DNA of 64,000 bases from Tubiluchus corallicola (taxonomy: Eukaryota; Animalia; Priapulida), in assembly GCA_030141605.1 (NCBI GenBank), contig JAQGDQ010000266.1:124001-188000 (forward strand), given 5' to 3'. Position 1 is the stretch's first letter. The number at the start of each line of letters is the position of its first letter. Below the pieces are notes generated by a model, which had not been told where the DNA came from, searched no databases, and saw nothing but the letters and a program-made list of their open reading frames with translations. Positions 54,429 to 64,000 of this stretch are shown piece by piece. The translations under genes and the position numbers were made by a program.

Positions 54429-55945
54429 ACTTATAAGCTTAAACGTTGCAGAAATCTTTGAACCATCAAACAGGAGAGAAAATATTCCACACGTTGTTGT
54501 ACATTGTTTTAGAAGAAACGTACACTAAAAAAATACCTATGTTTTTTGACGAAACATTAGATGCATTCCAATAAACTTGCCTTGTATTTTGTATGTGTGT
54601 AAAATAGCTAGTGTTTGGCAGAAAACATCGTGAGAACAAAAACGTGCAGAATAAAAAAGTTCAAATTCCAAGATCACATTCCAAATTCCTAGAACTGAAA
54701 TAATGATCTCACAATGAGTGTTGGTACAGAAGCTTCCTAATATTAACACCTAATCGAGGCAATGCATTATAAATTTTGTCTAGTCGTTTATTATTTATTA
54801 AATGTTGTTGATTATTAAAATGTATTCATACAGGTAGTAAGAAACTGGAACCGAATTCCTACAAATGATATGGTTGCAGTGTTCTCCTTCTGATATCAAA
54901 TAAAACAAATTTTATGCTATGGTGCTGTAAGCAGTTGCTTACCAGGGAATGACCAATTTGATGCAAGACGTTTTTAGGGCAGTTTTTGAAAGTCTAAAAA
55001 TACAAGCTGAAGAACCATGACAACTGGCGGTAAGAACCACCAAAATATTCAAACTTTAAACAAAACCTTAACCAATCTAACTTGGTGAAAACGAATGACT
55101 GTTTTTAATGCGTAATGCAAAAAGTGAAATATGCTGAGATCTTACCAACTTTCTCTATATATCGCTAGAACAGTGGGGTATTACAACCTGAGGAGCAATG
55201 ATTGGCGTAACCCATTCTCAACACATAATGAAAACCGCTGAATCGATAGGATACAGCAGCTAGGATACTTTAATTTATCGTAGCTTTCACAGTCTGCTTT
55301 TACTTTTTATAATCACCTACATGCTTCTGCGTTTTAAAACATGGCCCACCTGTTGAAATAGCCACGCAACAAACAGTAATATAATGCAAAGTAATAAGTT
55401 ACATTTCGAAAATGTAGCAGTGCTACATAGTGCTTTTGCTAGATTTAGAATTAGCACTTGTATGAGTAAAACAACTATATTAAAATATTTTGGATGATTA
55501 TAGCTCTAGTACTTTTTTGCCAAATAAACCCTCAGCCAGAATCCTGCGGGTCGATCCAGTAAGACAACAATATTTAGTCATATAAGAAGGTTGGATCTAG
55601 TATGTGATGTTCAGAGGTATCGACGCCTGTTGAGGTTTCATTGATGTATGGAGGTTCCTATGGTACCCCTAAATGACCCTCCGTGGCCTAGATCCAAGAT
55701 AAGTGACACTGACCAGCTTGAATTTTATATTATAGCTTATTAATATAAGATCCCTGGAACTTGCATTTCATAATATGAGGCATTTTAAGTAGCGTCAGGT
55801 GCATGCTAGCCATACTTATTGTAGGACCAAATTGGTACTTTGGTCGCATATAATAGGTAGCAGCTGAAAGTGAGTGTAAATGATGGCCTATCCATCTTGG
55901 GCAATAAACATAACAATAACAAACAATTTAAGTGGTACTGACTTG

Positions 55946-56323
55946 CAGGGCTTATTTCAGCCTAGGCGAGGCCCGTGGAAGTGGGGCGTGTGAGGCCCCA
56001 TCGGGGTTGGGTTTGGTGGCGAGCGCTACCATGGTTGGCGCCCAGAAAATTTTTGAACTGCTAGAACGCCGGAGAAGCATTTTCGAAGAGAAAATATGGA
56101 GTTATACAGTTGTTAAAGGAAAGAACAATTGAAAGAAAAACTGCTTTTTATTCTCAAGACCAGTCCCTAATACTTGTCAATACTGGCAAACGGCGCGCGT
56201 GCGACAAGAGAGAAGGAGGGAGAGAGAGGAGGCAGTATGTTCGCATAAAGCAAAAAAATGTTACCTTGGCGCGAGGCCCCGGGGAAGTATCCCCACTACC
56301 CCCCCCCCTTTAAATAGGCCCTG
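55946..56323. mobile_element. hAT-superfamily MITE
   Basis: TIRs cagggcttattt / aaataggccctg; perfect 8-bp target duplication CTGACTTG at 55938-55945 and 56324-56331. Confidence 0.9.
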
Positions 56324-57479
56324 CTGACTTGCCATATGTCTTACTGTAGGCCTGCCTGAAACTAGGACTATAATTAATACAGTGGCTTCCGTCTGATTTA
56401 CTTCTAAATATATTATGTAATCATCTACAAAATTGAACATGTAATGACAGACAGTTCATTTGGTATCTATTACCAACCAGTTGCTCTGAACGTAGCATCA
56501 ATTTTTAATAATAACAATTTGGAGCTCAGACATTTGGGTCCCAGCTAGTTTAGGCCTTAGACATTTCGTACCAGATATCTCGGCGTTTGAGCTTCAGCTG
56601 CAGAGTCAACTTCACCTGTTCAATCCTAATTGTATTTGACGAGTTGTTCGAATAGCTTGTAACTTGCACAGGGAAAATGGCCCATATGGGAAAGTAGGGA
56701 AAATTGCACAGAAGATATGTTGAAGGTCGTCGTTTACACTTAATTTCGGTTGGTACCTCAAAATATCGATTTAAGGCCTTTTGGGTAGCAATTTAGGAGG
56801 CTACATATGACAAACCCCCAGGAGACGTCCATGATACTTGAAGACTATAATTATGCTCTATGTCAACGCCTCTTATATGACTAAATATTGGTATCTCGCT
56901 TTATCAATCTGAGTGTGGCAGTGGGTGCACGTTCTGTCAAAAGAATCATGCCCCACTGTATAAGTAGAAGGACTTTATCCACCTTTCGCAGTGTCTGGCA
57001 ACCAGAATCTGATGAGGTTGGTTCGATGTGTGAGTGTTTCTGCGTGGCCACATTAAGCTGTCATATGTTTTCCAATCTGCAGTTATTTCCGATTGTGCTG
57101 TCAACCCAAACCATAGTTACCATACGTATGCAGACAATCACAGGACTTAATTTCAGTGATTTTTATAATTCAAATTACAAGGTGATGAAGGGTTTATATT
57201 TACATCAGTGTGGGGGGGGGGGGCATTGAACTGAACATTGTGCTAAGAGCGCGCATATAATTACGACTATTTTCAGTACTAACAGATAAATTACATTGTA
57301 GTTGCAGTGTTGTAAATATCCTATTGTATTGAAATTAATTGAGTTTATACCATCAGTTGACACTTGGTTGGTTTTAACATTCTAGCACCTCTTGCAGCAG
57401 AAAACCTGCGCACCGCATCGATTAACATTATTGGAAACATTCAGCCAACCTTGACACTGATTGAACACACTAAGTGAAC

Positions 57480-58010
57480 TTTGACACACATTAGAAACAT
57501 TTAGTGAACTTGCACACATATTGGACACACATTAGAAACATTCATTGAGCTTGCACACACATTGGACACTCTTTAGAAACATTCATTGAGCTTTCGCACA
57601 CACTGGACACACATTAGAAACATTCGTTGAGCTTGCACACATATTAGACACACATTAGAAACATTCGTTGAGCTTGCACACACATTAGACACACATTAGA
57701 AACATTCGTTGAGCTTGCACACACATTAGACACACATTAGAAACATTCATTGAGCTTGCACACACATTAGAAACATTCATTGAGCTTTCGCACACATTGG
57801 ACACACATTAGAAACATTCGTTGAGCTTGCACACATATTAGACACACATTAGAAACATTCATTGAGCTTTCGCACACATTGGACACACATTAGAAACATT
57901 CATTGAGCTTGCACACACATTAGACACACATTAGAAACATTCACTGAGCTTTCACGCACATTAAACACACATTAGAAACATTCATTGAGCTTGCACACAC
58001 ACTGGACACA
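57480..58010. repeat. 41-bp minisatellite, about 13 copies
   Basis: Unit acacacattagaaacattcgttgagcttgcacacatattag. Confidence 0.95.
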
Positions 58011-58787
58011 TGTATTGTAAGGTGTAACTATAATCTACGGTGATGAAACATTTCGTGCTTCTATAATGTTCTTTAGTTCTGATTTATTTATGTATTAAAT
58101 CATTTCCCTAAAAATACGACGATGCAAAAACTTTTCAGAATTCTCAGATTAACTGTAAAAAGTTTGAATAATAAGATACAGCTAATTGTCATCATAATTT
58201 TATGTGTTGGTTCTTGTTTAGGTTTTGCTATACCACTTACCACACTGGAAGTTAGAATCTTTCACTCCCAGACAGGGCCTACTTAATGTAGATTGTTGTG
58301 TCAGGAACGGAATCTAGCTAATTATCAGAGGTAATTTCCCAAACATGAAGATACGGAACAGCCATCGATACCTTAGCGATGCTCAGATGTATCTATTTCT
58401 AAATACGGTTGAAAACCTGGGGTCGTGTTGCAAGTGAAATCGCCCTAAAAGCAGTTTTTTCAGTGGTCATTCGCGAATTTACTAACCAAATTCGCTTTAG
58501 CTAGGTTGCAGTTTCTGAACGCTGTATTTAAGATCATTCAGCTGTATCTGTCAATAATTGCTGACACAAAGTGTTATGTAACTGCAAACAAAACGTGGCA
58601 TCGAAAAAATTTATTTGCAACACAGCCTTAGGAAAAGTTAATATCCTAAAATAAAACATGTTGTTGAAATAAATGAAATGAAAAGAAGGTATTCAAAATA
58701 ATTTGCTAACATTTATGGACTAAGAAACATGATTTTTCTTGGTCTGCAGTCTGAGAGTTTCAGAGTTTTTGTTGAAATCGAAAAAAA

Positions 58788-59011
58788 TCAATAAAACGTT
58801 TTAACAACAACTGCAAGAGCAACGAACACAAATGAAAAATTGCAGTGAATTGTGTATCCCACATCAACTAGTTCTTTTATACAACCAAACTCCCCTTTCT
58901 TAATCGGATTCGTCTTATGTTTTCGATCTGGATCAGCGCAGTCAATAGAACTTTGCTTCCAATTACGTTCTTTCGTCCAAGCCATTGTGCAATTACAGGA
59001 TAGAGTATTGT
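58788..59011 (-). CDS. LRR gene D, exon 2 (LRRCT + hydrophobic tail); spliced product up to 288 aa
   Basis: gtttttcag acceptor; NNTLSCNCTMAW...DCADPDRKH...FGC; tail FSFVFVALAVVVKTFY*; same 224-nt length as gene C exon 2. Confidence 0.87.
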
Positions 59012-60070
59012 CTGAAAAACAAGGGCAATTAAATAGTATGGAGCCCCCAAAGGGCCACGTTGAGAAAAAATTTATCTCCACGCGCACGAGGTACTAATTC
59101 GTGGCCATGAATTATTAGAGCGTGTGCATGGAATTACGTCATGTAATTACTGAAACGGCGTTATGGCGGAAAGAATCAAATCAATCAAGTTTTATTTTAA
59201 TCTGGGACTTTTCCAACAAAGATATTGCTTTTGCTTTAAGTAGAAGTCACAGAATTATTGTGAGTTGAAGAAACCCCAAAAGGATTTTAAAGACAAATTG
59301 GCTTCTAAATCGGCGGAAGAATTACACGAATTATGCAATGCATCATGGCACTGAGAATGTCCTGATACTGATAAGTCAATTTCGCCTAAGACGGACTTAA
59401 TAGACTTTTAGAGAAAACAGGAGTGTAGCTGGATTTTTAAAAAGCTGGGATTCTTTATTAAAGACAGGGACCAAAATGTAAAAATTACTGATTGATCTTG
59501 AATAGTAATTTCGGGCAAATGATCAAGGACACAATCGGACAGGACAGTCAGTTCGAGTAATAACATTTAGTAACCATAAAAATGCAGCACACAGAGTCAC
59601 GAAACATACAAACATGTGATATGTGCCTTGAACAGGTGCCTTTGCCAAAGGGCCATGTACACTGGACAACGGTCAGTTTTTCATTGTCAATCAACTTCCT
59701 CTGTGCTTTGAACTAAATTCAGTTTTATCGGGTAGATGCGTATTTTGACTTTTAGAAAGTTGAGATTCTCTAAGGCTCCCATATAGTCATTAACACTGAG
59801 TAACTCAAACTAGAATTATGAACTTACATGTTAGAAACTTGGTGTAGGCGCTCAGCTGGAACTGTTTATGTGATTGAGCTGGAAGCCAAAATGTGAAGCT
59901 GTAGGAGAGAAAAACAGCGTAAACCACATTGGACTAGGGATAGGTAAGTGTTTATAATTAGTCATGGGCATGGTGCACACTGATTAGTCTCACTGTCTAG
60001 TTTAACTCAACTGGTAAGTAAAATGTAGCTACTAGCAACAGTTGTCATTTCATTAACATGAATAACAATT

Positions 60071-60945
60071 TGCATTTCGTGCGCACGGATTAACAATTTG
60101 TGTGCACGAATTAGTATTTCGTGTGCAAGGATTAACAACTTGTGTCCACGGATTAGCAATTTGTGTCCACAAATTAGTATTTCGTGCGCACGGATTAGCA
60201 ATTTGTGTCCACGGATTAGTATTTTGTGCACACAGATTAGTATTTCGTCTGCAAGGATTAACAATTTGTGTCCACGGATTAGTATTTCATGAGCACGGAT
60301 TAGTATTTCGTCTGCAAAGATTAACAATTTGTGTCCACGGATTAGTATTTCGTGCGCACGGATTAACAAATTGTGTCCACGGATTAGTATTTCGTGCGCA
60401 GGATTAACAATTTGTGTCCACGAATTAGTATTTCGTGCGCACGGATTAACAATTTGTGTCCACGGATTAGTATTTCGTGCGCACGGATTAGCAATTTGTG
60501 TCCACGAATTAGTATTTCGTGCGCACGGATTAAAATTTGTGTCCACGGATTAGTATTTCGTGTGCACGGATTAACAATTTGTGTCCACGGATTAGTATTT
60601 CATGGGCACGGATTAACAATTTGTGAGCACGAATTAGTATTTTGTGTGCACGGATTAGTAATTTGTGTCCACGAATTAGTATTTTGTGCGCACGGATTAG
60701 CCAGTTATGTCCACGAACTAGTATTTTGTGTGCACGGATTAACAATTTGTGTCCATGAATTAGTATTTCCGCGCACGGATTAACAATTTGTGTCCACGAA
60801 TTAGTATTTTGTGCGCTTGGATTAGTATTTCGTGTGCATGGGTTAGCATTTTGTGAGCATGGATTAGTATTTCCCTGCGCATGGATTAGCATTTCGTGCA
60901 CATGGATTAGTAATTCGTTCACATGGATTAGTAATTCGGTCACGA
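60071..60945. repeat. 21-bp/42-bp dimeric minisatellite in the gene D intron
   Basis: Alternating cacggattaacaatttgtgtc and cacggattagtatttcgtgcg. Confidence 0.95.
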
Positions 60946-61045
60946 GTTAATAATAATAGGTGGGATTTTATGTAAAAATTGATTGATATTTGAAATAAAG
61001 AATTTCATAGAAATACATATAATGTGTTAACAAATGCATGCTTAC

Positions 61046-61688
61046 TCAAAAGAATGATCTGTATATCCGGTGGTTTGGTTGCGTCAGTGTCATTGCTTAG
61101 ACTAGGCATTATCATAGTAATCATTCCGGTTGCTTCAATGAAAATCTTCTTTATTTTCTTGTTCGTAGACAAATTTAGCTTTAAATATCTCAAGTGTGGT
61201 AACTTCTTTATGTTTATAGATTCTAAATCTGGCAATAATCCAAATGCAAATTGATGCACAGTAAACAGCTTTTGACAGTTTGTAAGCCAAACAGTCTTAA
61301 GTCCTTTCATGGCGAATGTTCTTTCATCTAAAACTGTTATCTTGCTGGAAACTATTTCCAAGTTATGCACCGTTTTCTCTTCCATGAATTTTCTAGGCAA
61401 TTCGTCGTCTTGATAATTATATATTGAAAGGGAATTAATGTTATCTGGGGTTATTTCAGCAAAAAACTCAAGGTGAAATCCTTTTAACTCATCGTTCCTA
61501 CCACAGCGATAATTGCACGGTTGTTCACCTTCAGCAGTACATTCTTCAGGTACTAGACCACAATTCTCCGTTATTTTTTGACCGTTGGCTATCACGAGTA
61601 CCGTTAACGCAAACTTGTAAGCAGTTAGGCACATTCTAATCATGCCTCTAAGTAAAAACTCCTCTTCTGTTGTAGACTTGCTCCTCAT
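61046..61688 (-). CDS. LRR cell-surface protein gene D, exon 1 (close paralog of C)
   Basis: Leader ending ANG|Q; ENCGLVPEECTAEGEQPCNYRCGRNDEL; collinear with C through SNDTDATKP; donor A|gtaagc, phase 1. The start could be a downstream Met (MIRMCL). Confidence 0.87.
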
Positions 61689-61988
61689 ACAACATTCTTA
61701 TAAGCTTGGGTTAATGCTATATGCTGAACTGTAGAAGAGGTTTCCTATAGGACAACATGTGGTAGAGTTTGTTCGATCACACAGTTTCAGGAAAATAACG
61801 GTAGCGAAGAAAGAATGCTAATATATTTAAACGCCTCTCACAATGAATTCTATAAGTGGTTTTCTTATATACTCGGTTGAAAACAATATTTTAACAATAC
61901 ACATTGTTGCTAGGTTGGATGTTTTACATATAAAAAAATTATCTGCCAGTGTAAACCACACACCTGTAAGAAGTTGTATACATATCAG

Positions 61989-62217
61989 TCAGTGTATAAT
62001 GTTCGGAATCAACATCCAAACTTTCACTTTCATCGCTTGTCCCGTTTGGTGTTTTTTTCCGCGGCCACCAGAATAATCCACCATGTTTGATTCTGAGCTC
62101 AAGTCAGCAGATGCATTAACCTTGTGAACTTCACGAATATGCCTTTTCAAACTATTAGACTGGGAGAAATCACTGTTACAGTGGGTGCAATTGTGAGGCT
62201 TTGCATCAGTGTGACTC
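61989..62217 (-). CDS. C2H2 zinc-finger exon (SHTDAKPHNCTHCNSDFSQSNSLKRHIREVH...), rest of gene not identified
   Basis: HTxxKP linker + CxxC-x3-F-x5-L-x2-H-x4-H finger; AAG acceptor at phase 2, a common intron position in C2H2 genes. Not in the ORF track. Confidence 0.65.
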
Positions 62218-62589
62218 CTTTGTAATGTGTAAAATACACAACTGTAAACGTATCAGAGGCCTGTTTCACGCCATCCCAAAAACTGTCACCAAAGGTTGTT
62301 AGTGATCAATTATTAGTGACTATTGAAAGAATTTTGCGTTTCACAAAACAATGTCATTAGAATATTGTATAGTGCATGCATACATAATGTGTATATGTCG
62401 TAAACGTTCCCACCTGCTAATAATTCACATTCACATGTATAAACATAATTATGTAATGTGTATAGGCTAATTCTGTATGAATTGCGTTTGAAACGTTGTA
62501 ATGAATAGTTCTAGAGTTCAAAACTGTAAATTTGCCGAATGCGTAATTGTAACTGAGCCATTGCTTCTGTAATTTTATTGTTTCAATAG

Positions 62590-63113
62590 ATGTGCAAGCA
62601 AGAGCCGGAATCCCTAGCATGTATGCCATACTCTCCAACAGACGTCTGCGCTGGCTAGGCCATGTTTCCCGCATGCAAGACAGCAGATTGCTCAAGGACA
62701 TTCCGTACGCCGAACTCGCTACTGGCGCCCGACCCACCGGGAGGCCACTGCTCCGCTACAAAGATGTATGTAAACGGGACCTCAAGCCAGGCGGCATTAC
62801 ACCAGCAAATTACGAGGCGCTTGCGGCAGATCGGAGCAACTGGAAATCTGCTGTTAGGACAGCCATTAACAGAGCGGAGAAAACGAGGGAGAAAAAACAA
62901 GAGGATAAAAGGACTCGCAGGCATCAGAAAGATGCCCTACCTCACCCGGATGAAACAGCCTTCCAATGTGCAACCTGCAGCCGGAACTGCCGCTCAAGGA
63001 TCGGACTGTTCAGTCACAGTCGACGCTGCAGCTCCATCAATTTGATTAATAACTGACTTTCGTGGCGCACAATCCATTGTCTTTCGGGACAGAAGGATGC
63101 CAACAACAACAAC
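62590..63113 (+). mobile_element. 5'-truncated RTE/BovB-type LINE 3' end
   Basis: RRLRWLGHVSRM, GRPLLRYKDVCKRDLK, C-terminal CxxC...RIGLFSHSRRC; 3' tail GATGC(CAA)n. Confidence 0.92.
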
Positions 63114-63423
63114 CCAATGTAAAATGAATCAAAACTATCCATGACATTGCACCATTTTATGTGGAGAATTAAATTTTCGTTGCTACTAGCTGTAAATGCA
63201 ACCCAATTCTGTCCTTCCGTTTTTGTTAGTTTACAGTGTTTACTGCTTTTACAAGGATATAGCGACAATTAAGTGCAAACTCTTCACTTTCGTTCTTATT
63301 GAATAGTAACTTTTTTATTGTGTGGATGTAAGTGTTTCTGTGTATTTTTATGTCGAAATAAAAGTAACTAATCTGCTTTATAGCTTTAGATTTCCAATTA
63401 CTAATGTATCAAATGATCAGTAT

Positions 63424-63596
63424 TTAATCAAGTTGAATTCGAAGTTTAAGTTGAACTTGAAACGGTGTTAACTCGGGTTCACAGTTATTTTCATCAGTTT
63501 CATCTGCCGTATGTAGTGGCACCTCCTTTTCGAGAGAAATATCCTCTTCTGCTGTCATTACCTCACTGAGATTTGAGGATAGTATGTTTGTGAAAA
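63424..63596 (-). other. Possible acidic coding exon (FTNILSSNLSEVMTAEEDISLEKEVPLHTADETDENN...)
   Basis: Strong ttttttactttcag acceptor, stop-free acidic frame, gtaagc donor about 120 nt upstream; no recognisable domain. Confidence 0.3.
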
Positions 63597-64000
63597 CTGA
63601 AAGTAAAAAAGTGAAATTCCTCTTTAATGAACGTCCGTTTAGTCTTAGGTTTGCAGAAACAGCAAAAGTATGTATGTTTGTCTTTCCTTAACAATTAGCC
63701 GCATTTTTGTTGCTTACCTCCATTTTGGAGATCGTATTTTTAATGTGCAAAACATTTAAAGTCCTTAAGTAAATATTCTAGTATTAAATGAAAATCTAAG
63801 AACTGGTAAACTAATTCTTGACTATGACGTAAATACAGACTTGACAGTCAGAGTACTACTACCTGCTGTCTTAAAATTATGAAATGTGAGGAAAATCCTA
63901 TGATAAAGTATGCCTACAACAGAAAAGAGTATTCACAGCTAAACGTGCGAACAGGAGAAAAGAGTATTCACAACAAAAGTATGCCTTAATGATCCGCAGC

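Noticed and set aside
56888-57229. 113-aa ORF with a CCHC-like relic
   Set aside because: At best a decayed non-LTR retrotransposon end; not enough to call.
60007-60943. Several overlapping repetitive ORFs
   Set aside because: 21/42-bp satellite.

Overview
AT-rich, intron-containing animal genomic DNA, probably from an invertebrate; the species cannot be determined from the sequence. The first 28 kb hold ten coding exons of a cAMP-dependent protein kinase type II regulatory subunit (+ strand). These were reconstructed in frame from the RRKSV inhibitor site through both cyclic-nucleotide-binding domains to the stop; the dimerization/docking exon was not found and probably lies upstream of the window. 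Its introns carry many minisatellites and transposon relics. The region 31.4-61.7 kb is a tandem cluster of four intact genes and one pseudogene for a divergent family of leucine-rich-repeat cell-surface proteins: signal peptide, 4-Cys N-cap, about 5-6 atypical LRRs, LRRCT cap and a hydrophobic GPI-like tail with no cytoplasmic domain. Every copy has a phase-1 intron directly before the LRRCT, and one gene carries a second LRR module on a symmetric, skippable exon. This cluster is the best candidate for an undescribed system, a variable receptor family evolving by birth and death; its function is inference only. The right end has an orphan C2H2 zinc-finger exon and an RTE/BovB LINE 3' end. The long repetitive ORFs in the ORF track are satellite artefacts.
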